DNA of 64,000 nt from Chthoniobacterales bacterium (GTDB lineage Bacteria > Verrucomicrobiota > Verrucomicrobiia > Chthoniobacterales > Chthoniobacteraceae): NCBI GenBank assembly GCA_038207335.1, contig JBBQZX010000006.1, positions 32,001 through 96,000 on the forward strand, written 5' to 3'. The notes below the pieces were generated by a model. It was not told the origin of the DNA and did not search any database. It saw only the letters and a program-made list of their open reading frames with translations. Below, piece after piece: positions 42,323-51,679 of the stretch. Within the stretch, counting starts at the first letter, position 1, and every line of letters starts with the position of its first letter. The position numbers and the translations under genes are program-made.

Positions 42323-43300
42323 CTAAATCTCCAAGGCACTATCCGAAGGTCGCTCCCGCCTCGTGATCCCATCTGCGATGCTTCGCGAACGGGGTGATTT
42401 GCCTTTGCGTGCGGGCCAGCCTTCGCGCTGCGTCGTGCGATCGCCGTCGGAATCCTCGGTTTGGTCGTGGAAAAGGACTTGCTGTGTGGGGAAGGGGAGA
42501 TCGATCCCATTTTCCACGAGTGCTTTTTTCGCCGCCTCGAGCACGAGATCGACGGAGTGCACGACTTCGCTGCGTTTCGGCGGATTGATCCACCAGCGGG
42601 CGCGCAGATTCACCGAGCTGCCCGCGAGTTCCGTCACGAGCACCTCAGGCGCCGGATCGTCGAGGACCTCGGGCGCGTTGCGCATGACATTCATGATGAT
42701 CTCCTTCGCTTTGGCGATGTCGTCGCCGTATCCGATGCCGATGTCGTATTGCATCCTGCGCGAGGGGTATGCCGTGTTTACGATCACGGGGTTTGAGAAA
42801 AGTTGACTGTTTGGGATCACCACGCGCCGCCCGTCGTACGTGCGGATCATGGTGGCGCGCGTTTGGATCGATTCAACATTTCCCTCGAAATCGCCCATCT
42901 TGATCTGGTCGCCGATCTCAAACGGCTGATTCCAGAGGATCAAAATACCAGCGAGAAAATTCTGGAGGATGTCGCGAAAAGCGAAACCGATGGCGACGCT
43001 GGTGATGCCGAGGAAATCGACGAGTTGCGCAGGCTTGAAGGTGGGCAGTGCGATTACCAGCGAGATAAGCAGGCCGAGGAAAACCATGACCGCTTGGGCG
43101 AGCCGGCCCATAAGAAGACCGATATTCCGATGCCGCTTCCTGCGTTGCGCGACGTTACGGATGAGCGCTCGCACGCCTTTCGCTGCAAAGTAAAACGCAA
43201 AGAACACCAATAACGCGAGGACGATGTAAGGCAGGCGCAGGTAGAACCCGTCGCCCATTTCCCTGACTCCTTTGAGCGATTCGCCAAAATTGAAATTCAT
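42323..43300 (-). CDS. mscS: Small-conductance mechanosensitive channel
   Basis: AIGFAFRDILQNFLAG, PFEIGDQI, RTYDGRRVVIPNS, GIDLPFP. Confidence 0.93.
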   Translation of the reverse strand: MNFNFGESLKGVREMGDGFYLRLPYIVLALLVFFAFYFAAKGVRALIRNVAQRRKRHRNIGLLMGRLAQAVMVFLGLLISLVIALPTFKPAQLVDFLGITSVAIGFAFRDILQNFLAGILILWNQPFEIGDQIKMGDFEGNVESIQTRATMIRTYDGRRVVIPNSQLFSNPVIVNTAYPSRRMQYDIGIGYGDDIAKAKEIIMNVMRNAPEVLDDPAPEVLVTELAGSSVNLRARWWINPPKRSEVVHSVDLVLEAAKKALVENGIDLPFPTQQVLFHDQTEDSDGDRTTQREGWPARKGKSPRSRSIADGITRRERPSDSALEI

Positions 43301-43407
43301 ACCGGGGCATCGGCGCTCGCTCTTCGCTCGCTCCCATATTCCAAGCGAAAAGCCGTTGTCCGCTCAAATCGCACATGCCGCGCGATTCCTCCCCAGCCAC
43401 TCCACCC

Positions 43408-44757
43408 ATGCACAAATTTTGGATCGAAATTCGCTCGAGTCTCTGGTTCGTCCCCGCCTGCCTCGTATTGGCTGCCATAGCGGCCGGCCTTGCTTTCGTA
43501 GAGATCGATGTCCTTTTCGCCGATCAGCTCAAGCCGCTTGGCTGGATGCCCTTTCTGAATACCGGCGCCGAGGGCGCCCGCGGCATGCTCTCCTCCATCG
43601 CCAGCTCGATGATCACGGTGGCCGGTGTGGCCTTTTCCATCACGATCGTCGCGTTGTCCCTCGCCTCCACCCAGTACACCCCGCGCATTCTGAGGAATTT
43701 CATGCGCGATGGGACGAATCAGTGCGTCCTCGGCGTCTTCGCCGGGATCTACGTCTATTGCCTCATCGTGCTGCGATCCATCCGCGGCGGCTCTGAGGAT
43801 GGCGGCTTTGTCCCCCTCATCGCCGTCTTCGTAGCCCTCCTGCTTGCGCTCGTGGGCATCGGTTATCTCATCTACTTCATCCACCACATTGCCAGCTCGA
43901 TTCAGGCGTCCTACATTCTGGAGTCCATCGCCGCCGAGACTCTTGACGCCATCGATCGAGCCCATCCTCGCGACAGCGGTCTCTCTGAGGAAACGGTCCC
44001 GTGCGCATTCGAGCCGGAGAAACTCGCCGCATGGCAGCCTGTCGATGCCCACGCGAGCGGTTACCTCCAGGCCGTAGATTGTGACGCTCTCGTGGATTTC
44101 GCCAGCAGCACCGACACGTGTCTCCGCCTGCACGCGGGACTTGGCGACTTCGTGGTGAAAAATGCGCCTCTTCTCCACATCGACCGCGCTCTCGATGACC
44201 CCGCCGCGGGCAGGCTCCGCGGTGCCTTCGTCATCGGCAATTTTCGGACCGTCGATCAAGACCCAGGCTTTGGCATCCGCCAAATCGTCGATATTGCGCT
44301 CAAAGCTCTCTCGCCCGGCGTGAACGACACCAGCACGGCTGTTTCGTGTCTCGATTATCTCAGTGTCCTCCTCACAGACCTCGCCCGTCGGCGCATTACG
44401 AGTCCCTACCGTCCCGCCGAGGATGAGCCGCCGCGCATTTTCGCGTCCGCCCCGCTTTTTTCCGAGTATCTCGCCCGCGCTCTCGACGAAATCCGGCTCT
44501 GCGCCTCCGGCAATGTCACCATCATTCTCGCCATCCTCATCCTCCTCACGCGAGTCGCCGGTGCCACTGCCGACCCCGCCCGCCGTCTCCTCCTCCTGAT
44601 CCACGCCGGCACGCTCACTGACCTCGCCGACACCAGCGTGCGCGACCCATATGATCGCGCCCGGGTGAATGCCGGCCTCGCGCAACTCCGCACCGCTCTC
44701 GGCCCCCGCGCGCAGATTGCCGCCCTATCCATGAGCGGCGTAAGCGACGGGCGCTGA
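43408..44757 (+). CDS. DUF2254 predicted membrane protein
   Basis: SLWFVP, FSITIVALSLASTQYTPR, RTVDQDPGFGIRQIVDIALKALSPGVNDTSTA. Confidence 0.9.
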   Translation: MHKFWIEIRSSLWFVPACLVLAAIAAGLAFVEIDVLFADQLKPLGWMPFLNTGAEGARGMLSSIASSMITVAGVAFSITIVALSLASTQYTPRILRNFMRDGTNQCVLGVFAGIYVYCLIVLRSIRGGSEDGGFVPLIAVFVALLLALVGIGYLIYFIHHIASSIQASYILESIAAETLDAIDRAHPRDSGLSEETVPCAFEPEKLAAWQPVDAHASGYLQAVDCDALVDFASSTDTCLRLHAGLGDFVVKNAPLLHIDRALDDPAAGRLRGAFVIGNFRTVDQDPGFGIRQIVDIALKALSPGVNDTSTAVSCLDYLSVLLTDLARRRITSPYRPAEDEPPRIFASAPLFSEYLARALDEIRLCASGNVTIILAILILLTRVAGATADPARRLLLLIHAGTLTDLADTSVRDPYDRARVNAGLAQLRTALGPRAQIAALSMSGVSDGR

Positions 44758-44877
44758 AGCCTGGCCGCCAAAATGGGCGGGCGCAGCCGGACTAAGGGCA
44801 AGTAGCCGATGTTTTTCTTTTGCGTGTCGAACTCGTCGCGCTAATATGACAATGCGGAGACTTCCCCCTCCCCGCCA

Positions 44878-47800
44878 TTGCCCCCCATGAACAAACACAC
44901 GGACAATTCTCTCGTTTTCAAATCTGTGTTTTCCAAAAGGCGCGGCACGATCCACACCAAGCGACTGGCAAGTGCCTGCCTGGCGGGTGTTTCTGTGGCT
45001 TCCGCTGCGATTTTCACATGGGATAATGTGACGAGTCCCTGGAGCGTTGCCTTGAACTGGCTGGGAGACGTAGCGCCGGGGAGTGCGGCGGACAATGAAT
45101 TGGTATTCGGTGGGACGGACCCAAGTTACACCGCGACGCACGATCTCGGTGCGGATTTCAATCTGAACATCCTGCGTTTAAATAGCGCAGTAACGACGGC
45201 GACGCAGACTCTAAACGCTTCCGGCGGCTCGACGCTGTCGTTCGTAGCGAGTGGCGCGACGAACCCGTCGCTGGTGCAGCAAGGGGCGGGAGCTTTCAAT
45301 ATCGACATCCCGATAGTGTTGAATGCGGCGTCGACTTTCACTGGTACGGCAGGCAGCGGGCTCGTGTCGCTTTTCGGGCCGGTGGGCGGCGGCGGCGCGG
45401 TGTCGATCGCAGGTGGCTCGTGGGCGTTCCGCGATAACGGGAGCACGTACAATGGCGCGGCTACAATCTCGGGCGGGGCGGCGGTGGAGCTGAAAGTGGA
45501 GGGGACGGGAAACCTGGGGATCAATTTCGCGGGGTCCGGGACGACGGGAATTTTCGGGACGAATAACACAGTCACGATTAATGGCGGCTCGTTGCGGCTC
45601 ACCACGCAGGGGACCGGAAGCCTAACGCTGGGGACGAATCGGGTGCTGGCATTCGGAACGAACGGCGGGACATTGACTCTCCTGAACAGCAATCCGTCGG
45701 CACCGGCGACTCACGCGGGGCAGATTGCGAGCGGCGACTTCGCGCTTACACTGGGCAATGCGACGGGTAACCCTGCGGTGATTCAATTCAACGGCGGACA
45801 AGTGGGACTTTCGAGCCTTGCGACTCCGTTTGGCGGGGACTGGAGTTCAGGAGGAAATGTGCTGCGCTTCCGCAGCCAGACGGGCTCGGGGCCGCTGCGG
45901 ATCGAGTTGACGAATGGCGCGATGGCGCGGGCCGGAAACGGCACGGCGGGGACGGTGAATATCGCGAATCCGATGACGATCAGCGGCGTGCCGGGGGGTG
46001 ACCCGACTTCGGGGTTTACGGGGACGCCAGCGGCCGATGGGCAGGTGGATACGGGCGTAACAGTGACAACGGGGCGATATCTTTTGGATTCATCGTCCAT
46101 CGTAAACAACTCGGCCGGACTGACTTTTGAGAATGCTGTGCAGGTGACAGTCGCCGGCGCTGCGAGGGCGTTTGATGGAAATATCACGGTGGCGGGGAAT
46201 GGATATGTGTCTTTCGCAGGACGGGGGACGGGAACGGTGGTGGGAACACCTCTTGGCGCGGTCGGGGCGAATACGGCGAACGCGAATAACGCGCTTTATC
46301 TCGGGCAAGGAGGGAATGACACGCTGACGGTTCAGAGTGGCGGGACGGCGGTTTTCGACGCGCGATTTCGGCGCGATCAAGGAACTTCGCACGGAGTCGT
46401 GCTGAATGCGCAGGCATTGATCCAAGCGGGCGGGACGCTGCGCATCCTTCAGTCACTTTCGAATAATTTCGGCGGGATCACAGCGGCGACGGTGGCGAAT
46501 ACGGTGCTTCAGGGAAATATCGTGGGGCAGGGCAGTACGACGAGCGATGCGAGGCTGGATCTTTTCCTCCCGGCGGAGACCGGTGTTTTCGATGCCTTCG
46601 GGCGACTGCAGGTGGATGCGACGTCGAATATCGTCGTGAATGGCACGGGCTTTGGCGGGCTGCGGATCACGGGGTTTGCGCGGCAGAACAAGCTTTTTGC
46701 GGGCGGCGCGGCGGATCCGGACACCACGAGCTCGAAAGTGAACGCGTATCTGACTCCGGCGCGGATGAATGCGCTGACTGGGAGCGGCGGATACCTGACG
46801 GCGGCGGCGCGTGGTGAAACGTACGTGCTGCCAGCGGCGGAGTGGGCGGGCGCAGTGAGCGTGGGATTGAAAGTGGCGGACAGCAATCTGGGAGGCGTGG
46901 ATGTGCAATTCGACCCCGGCAAAACGAGCTGGGCGCACAATCTTGCAGTCGATGCGGGGGCCGAACTGAGCACCGGAGCGTCGCCTTTTACCCTAACCGC
47001 CGCGACGCTGAACGGAACTGGGAAGGTGAGTGGCACCGGCGGCATCACGATCGCAGCGGGGGCGAATCTCGCGCCGGGACTCGGCGGAATCGGGACGCTG
47101 ACGGTGGGGGACATTACGATCGCGGGCGCGCTGCTCGGAGATGTGTCGAGCACGGGGGTGAGCGATCTATTGAATGTGGGCGGCGCGCTGACGTTCGATC
47201 CGGCGAGCGCGTTTCAGGTGACGGCGGGGAGCACTTTCAACAACAGCAATTACACTCTGATCACGTATTCTGGAGCGCTAACCGGGACGTTTGGGTCCGT
47301 GATAGGGCTGCCGCTCGGCTACACGGTGAATTACGCGATTCCGGGGCAGGTGCGGTTGGTCTTCACGCCGCTAAGCTTCAAGACGTGGAATGGGGCACCG
47401 GGGACCGTCTGGAGCTCGAAGCCTTTGGATGCCAATTGGCAGGGCGGCGTGTCGTTCGTGGATGGTGACGTAGTGGTGCTCGATGACACTGCGGCGGGGA
47501 GCACGACTGTGAACGTGAGCGGGCTCGTACAGCCCGGCCTCGTTACTTTCAACAACTCGACGAAGAACTACGTGATCAACGCGCCGGCTTCCGGAGATAC
47601 GATCGGTGGGTCGGCGTTGTTGACGAAAAATGGGACGGGATCGCTGACGCTAAACGGCTCGCACAGCTATGGCGGCGGCACCGTGCTGAATGCGGGGACG
47701 ATCATTCTCGGAAACAATGACGCGTTGCCAAATGTCGGTAACGTCAGTGTGGCGGCGGGCGCCACCCTCAATGTGAACGGCAAGTCTGACACGATCGGGG

Positions 47801-49860
47801 CGCTCAGTGTATCGGGCACAGTGACAGCGGGGAGTCTGACGGTGTCCGGGCTTACGTTGGAAGACGGGGCGGCGGTTGCTGCGAATCTCGCGTTTGCTGG
47901 GGATGTGACAAAGAACGGGACGGCAGCGGTCACGCTGCCCGGGACGATCGATTTGGGCGGACCGCGGGTGTTCACTGTGGCAGCGGCGACTACGCCGCCG
48001 GGGCTGACGCTCTCCGGCGTGGTATCGAATGGCGCGCTGGTAAAAGCGGGCCTGGGTGAGCTGCGGCTGGCGGTCGCGAATTCCTATACAGGCGGGACTA
48101 CGGTGAACGCGGGCACGCTTACGTCGGGCGCGTCCGGCGCGATCCCCGATGGTGCGCTGACGATCAACGGCGGGACCGCAAACTTGGCGGGCTTCAGCTT
48201 CGTGGCCAGTTCGCTGACCGGCACCGGTGGCACGTTGGCAATGGGAGGTGGCGGACTGGCGATTATTAACGCTGTGAACGGAAGCTTTGCGGGAGCGATC
48301 ACCGGCGGCGGCACGGGCATCACGAAGCTCGGCGCTGGCGTGCAGACGCTGAGCGGTGCGAGCACTTTCACTGGCGGCATCTTAATCCTCGAGGGGCGTG
48401 TGAATCTCAACGGCACCGCCGCCGCCGGCGCGATGGCCGGAATCGTGACGGTGAGCAGCGGGACCGGGTTGCAATCGGGCGCGGCGATCGCGAACAATAT
48501 CGAACTCGCGGGTGGCATCCTTTCAGCGAGCGGTTCCACAAACGTGACCAGCGGCCAACTCAACGTCACCGCAGCCTCGACCATCGACCTTTTCAACCGC
48601 GACACGAATGCGATCAGCGACGTCATCCTGCTCGGCACGCTGCGAGGCAGCGGAAATATCAACCTCCTCGCGAGCACCGCGCAGGCGAACGCCGACGGCG
48701 GAATGGGCCTGCGCATCCGCGGGACGACCGCCAGCGATTACAGCGGCACGGTGAATGTGAACCAAAAGGCGAAATTCGAAATCCAGATGGCCACCGCCAC
48801 CGCCCCGAATCCCTTCGGCACCGGTGCCATCGTCCTCAACGCCGGGACGAGCACCGGCGCGGTGGGTGGCACCTATTCGCAAATCCAGGCGCGTCTCGTC
48901 GCCGGGAGCCAGACCTACGTGCTCGGCAACAACGTGCAGGTCGTCGGCACCGGATACGTGAATGCGAACATCCTCGGCGGCACCGATGTCGTCGCGCAGT
49001 ACGGCAACCTGCAGATCGGTGGCGGGCAGATATTCGGAGCGAGCAAAAACGACATCAACAACCGCACCATCGAATTCACCACCGTCTCGCTGACCGGCGG
49101 CAACGCGGAATTCCGCGCATTCGACGCCGCCTTCAGCACTGCTGCCGCTCGCGGCGGTGCGAATATCCGCCTCGGCGTCATCTCGGAGATGATTGGCGGC
49201 TCGGGGATCATCCTCAAATCCGGCACTGGATATCGCAACGAGATCACCGGCGTTTCGACTTACACCGGCCCGACGCGGGTGGATGAAGGCGTGCTGCATG
49301 TTGGCATCACCGGCTCGATTGCGAGTTCATCGCGCATCGACCTCGCGAGCGGTACGAAATTCGAGGTGCTCGATTTTGGCGCAGCCGGATATGCCATCCC
49401 CGCGGGGCAGACGCTCGCCGGCCTCGGCGATGTGGACGGGCGGATCGTCCAGGGTGGGACGCTCGCTCCCGGTGTGGGCGGCATCGGCACTCTCACCGGC
49501 GATGATTTCACGTTAAACGGCAGCGCGCCGCTGACATTCGACCTGAGCACATTTGACAATTCCTCCGACCGGCTCGGGCTTATCGGTGCTTTTGAAAAGG
49601 GAAGCGCCGGGACGTTTCAGTTCAACTTCCTCGGCACCGGGCTGGATGGCCAGACCTACACGCTCGTGACCTTTGCGAGCACCACTTTCAGCGCGTCGGA
49701 TTTCAGCTACACTGGGCTCGCTGCGGGAGTCGCGGGCACGTTCCAGATGACGCCGACGGAGTTGCAATTTGTCGCCGTACCGGAGCCGCGTGCCGCATTC
49801 TCGCTGCTTGGCGGGCTCGGGATGCTGCTTGGCCTGCGCCGCTTCCGCCGCCGCGCGTGA
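44878..49860 (+). CDS. Large PEP-CTERM surface protein with autotransporter-associated beta-strand repeats
   Basis: LTKNGTGSLTLNGSHSYGGGT, LVKAGLGELRLAVANSYTGGT, TKLGAGVQTLSGASTFTGG repeats; VPEP + TM + RRFRRR. The start could be 44888. Confidence 0.93.
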   Translation: MPPMNKHTDNSLVFKSVFSKRRGTIHTKRLASACLAGVSVASAAIFTWDNVTSPWSVALNWLGDVAPGSAADNELVFGGTDPSYTATHDLGADFNLNILRLNSAVTTATQTLNASGGSTLSFVASGATNPSLVQQGAGAFNIDIPIVLNAASTFTGTAGSGLVSLFGPVGGGGAVSIAGGSWAFRDNGSTYNGAATISGGAAVELKVEGTGNLGINFAGSGTTGIFGTNNTVTINGGSLRLTTQGTGSLTLGTNRVLAFGTNGGTLTLLNSNPSAPATHAGQIASGDFALTLGNATGNPAVIQFNGGQVGLSSLATPFGGDWSSGGNVLRFRSQTGSGPLRIELTNGAMARAGNGTAGTVNIANPMTISGVPGGDPTSGFTGTPAADGQVDTGVTVTTGRYLLDSSSIVNNSAGLTFENAVQVTVAGAARAFDGNITVAGNGYVSFAGRGTGTVVGTPLGAVGANTANANNALYLGQGGNDTLTVQSGGTAVFDARFRRDQGTSHGVVLNAQALIQAGGTLRILQSLSNNFGGITAATVANTVLQGNIVGQGSTTSDARLDLFLPAETGVFDAFGRLQVDATSNIVVNGTGFGGLRITGFARQNKLFAGGAADPDTTSSKVNAYLTPARMNALTGSGGYLTAAARGETYVLPAAEWAGAVSVGLKVADSNLGGVDVQFDPGKTSWAHNLAVDAGAELSTGASPFTLTAATLNGTGKVSGTGGITIAAGANLAPGLGGIGTLTVGDITIAGALLGDVSSTGVSDLLNVGGALTFDPASAFQVTAGSTFNNSNYTLITYSGALTGTFGSVIGLPLGYTVNYAIPGQVRLVFTPLSFKTWNGAPGTVWSSKPLDANWQGGVSFVDGDVVVLDDTAAGSTTVNVSGLVQPGLVTFNNSTKNYVINAPASGDTIGGSALLTKNGTGSLTLNGSHSYGGGTVLNAGTIILGNNDALPNVGNVSVAAGATLNVNGKSDTIGALSVSGTVTAGSLTVSGLTLEDGAAVAANLAFAGDVTKNGTAAVTLPGTIDLGGPRVFTVAAATTPPGLTLSGVVSNGALVKAGLGELRLAVANSYTGGTTVNAGTLTSGASGAIPDGALTINGGTANLAGFSFVASSLTGTGGTLAMGGGGLAIINAVNGSFAGAITGGGTGITKLGAGVQTLSGASTFTGGILILEGRVNLNGTAAAGAMAGIVTVSSGTGLQSGAAIANNIELAGGILSASGSTNVTSGQLNVTAASTIDLFNRDTNAISDVILLGTLRGSGNINLLASTAQANADGGMGLRIRGTTASDYSGTVNVNQKAKFEIQMATATAPNPFGTGAIVLNAGTSTGAVGGTYSQIQARLVAGSQTYVLGNNVQVVGTGYVNANILGGTDVVAQYGNLQIGGGQIFGASKNDINNRTIEFTTVSLTGGNAEFRAFDAAFSTAAARGGANIRLGVISEMIGGSGIILKSGTGYRNEITGVSTYTGPTRVDEGVLHVGITGSIASSSRIDLASGTKFEVLDFGAAGYAIPAGQTLAGLGDVDGRIVQGGTLAPGVGGIGTLTGDDFTLNGSAPLTFDLSTFDNSSDRLGLIGAFEKGSAGTFQFNFLGTGLDGQTYTLVTFASTTFSASDFSYTGLAAGVAGTFQMTPTELQFVAVPEPRAAFSLLGGLGMLLGLRRFRRRA

Positions 49861-49926
49861 GCTCCGCACCTGTTTCGCGAATTGCTCACCCACGCTGCTC
49901 GCAAACGCCTTGTCGGCGTCGTGTGG

Positions 49927-50880
49927 CTACGCGAGGCAGCCTTCGATCTGCGCGCGGAGGCGCGGCTCGTCGAGGTGCTTGCCGATAAAGACGAGCTGGC
50001 TCGTGCGCTGCTCGCCTTTCTCCCACAGCCGGTCCCACAGGATCGTAAACCGGTTGTTCACTCCGTGGAAAATTGCGCGGCGCGGGTTTCCGTCGATTTG
50101 CAGGAAGCCCTTCGATCGGAAAATCTTCTCCTTCACCGAGAGTTCCTGCACAAAATGCTCGAATTTTTCCACGCTGAACGACCTCGTGAACTCGAACGAA
50201 ATCGAATTGATCTCGTGATGATGCCGCTGGTTCAGTTCGTTCAGAAACTCAGGATCGACCGCCAGCTTTTGGTCGATGTCAAAGGCGTTCATATCTAGCA
50301 ATTCCTTGAGATTCACCTGCGACTGGTTCGTGCGGAAAATCTGAGCGTGCGGGTTTAGCTCACGCATCTTGCTCTCGGTTTGCGCGAGGTGCGGCTCATC
50401 GACGAGGTCGGTCTTGTTTAGTAGGACAAAATCGGCCATCGCGATTTGCTCGCGCGCGGTTTCGACGTCGGTCATCTGTTTGTCGATCTGCTCGGCATCG
50501 ACAACAGTGATGATCGAATCGAGCCGCACGAGTTGCTGGAGTTGCGGGATGTTTAAAAAAGTCTGCGCGACCGGGCCGGGGTCGGCGATGCCAGTGGTTT
50601 CGATGAGCAGGTAGTCGAATCCGCCGCGCTTGATGAGCTTTTGCACGCCTTGCACGAGGTCTTTGCGGATGGTGCAGCAGACGCAGCCATTGTTCATCTG
50701 CATGATCTCCTCCTGCTGGTTCTCCACCAGCATTCCGTCGATACCGATCTTGCCGATCTCATTGACGATTACTGCGAATTTGTAGCCATGCTGTTGCTTG
50801 AGGATGTAGTTGAGCAGCGTGGTTTTGCCGGCTCCGAGGAAGCCGGTGAGGATGGTGACGGGGACAGGTTTGGCGGTCAT
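49927..50880 (-). CDS. CobW/COG0523 G3E-family GTPase metallochaperone
   Basis: TGFLGAGKTT, GCVCC, IETTGIADP, LNKTDL, RSKG, CobW_C tail. Confidence 0.95.
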   Translation of the reverse strand: MTAKPVPVTILTGFLGAGKTTLLNYILKQQHGYKFAVIVNEIGKIGIDGMLVENQQEEIMQMNNGCVCCTIRKDLVQGVQKLIKRGGFDYLLIETTGIADPGPVAQTFLNIPQLQQLVRLDSIITVVDAEQIDKQMTDVETAREQIAMADFVLLNKTDLVDEPHLAQTESKMRELNPHAQIFRTNQSQVNLKELLDMNAFDIDQKLAVDPEFLNELNQRHHHEINSISFEFTRSFSVEKFEHFVQELSVKEKIFRSKGFLQIDGNPRRAIFHGVNNRFTILWDRLWEKGEQRTSQLVFIGKHLDEPRLRAQIEGCLA

Positions 50881-50898
50881 GGTGCGGTGTGATTTTGA

Positions 50899-50936
50899 GA
50901 AAGAAAAAGGCGGTCCGAGTCGAGACTCGGACCGCC
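50899..50936 (-). terminator. Intrinsic terminator after rpmB and the small ORF
   Basis: Perfect 13-bp inverted repeat GGCGGTCCGAGTC/GACTCGGACCGCC (50909-50936) followed on the minus strand by TTTTTCTTTC. Confidence 0.85.
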
Positions 50937-50961
50937 AGTCAAATGTTCAAGATTGCGCGGA

Positions 50962-51165
50962 TTAGCGCTTCTTTTTCAGCAGCGGCAGGCCAGTCTTGCT
51001 GTTCTCGGAAACTTCGTAACCGTCCGGCAGCGCGTCGATCGCGCCTTCTTTTGCCTCGCCGCCAAAGTAGTAGAGCATCACGCGCTGACCGCCCTTGAGC
51101 TCTTGGTTGCGCGAGTGGAGGAAGTAGGTTTTGCCGGACTTCTGGCTGACGACGCTGAATGCCAT
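50962..51165 (-). CDS. Small basic hypothetical protein (67 aa)
   Basis: MAFSVVSQKSGKTYFLHS...YYF...LPDGYEVSENSKTGLPLLKKKR; starts 32 bp after the rpmB stop. Confidence 0.85.
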   Translation of the reverse strand: MAFSVVSQKSGKTYFLHSRNQELKGGQRVMLYYFGGEAKEGAIDALPDGYEVSENSKTGLPLLKKKR

Positions 51166-51197
51166 ACGAGGTGGAGTTGTTTTGGGGTTGGGGTTTG

Positions 51198-51461
51198 CTA
51201 GATCACGCCAGCGCTTTTCAATGTCGCGTAAGCGCCATTTTTCGTGACGGTCTTCATCGCTCGCGCCGTGAGTTTCACGCGGATGAATTTCTTCAGCTCG
51301 GTGACCCAGATGCGCTTGCTCTGGAGATTCGGGTAAAAGGTGCGAGGCACGACTTTTGTGACGTGCTGGCCGATGCCGCCTTTTTTCTTCGCGAGACCGC
51401 GCCGGTGAATAATCGAGCCCTTGGTGGGGCGCGCCTTGGTGATGCTGCAAACTTTGCTCAT
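51198..51461 (-). CDS. rpmB: 50S ribosomal protein L28
   Basis: MSKVCSIT...RRGLAKKKGGIG...RTFYPNLQSKRIWV. Confidence 0.95.
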   Translation of the reverse strand: MSKVCSITKARPTKGSIIHRRGLAKKKGGIGQHVTKVVPRTFYPNLQSKRIWVTELKKFIRVKLTARAMKTVTKNGAYATLKSAGVI

Positions 51462-51679
51462 AAAAATAGGTCGTTGGTGGACGAGGGGCGGCGACGATGG
51501 AGGCGACGCGAAGCGTGGTCAAGGGAGATTTTGCATTTTCCCCACTTCTCGTCATCTCCATGAACCGCCGCGAGCGCCGCCATAAAAATCACCTTTTTCC
51601 CTCGCATCCAGACGGACGAACATCTAAGCCTCTGCCCGCTCAAGCGACGGGCGTGGGTGCCAGCCGCCGGGCCGAATTT

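Noticed and set aside
42301..44877. tRNA-Ser-anchored island with an attR-like copy (CCCCCTCCCCGCCA near 44864)
   Set aside because: The match to the tRNA 3' end is short, imperfect and low-complexity, and no integrase is present.
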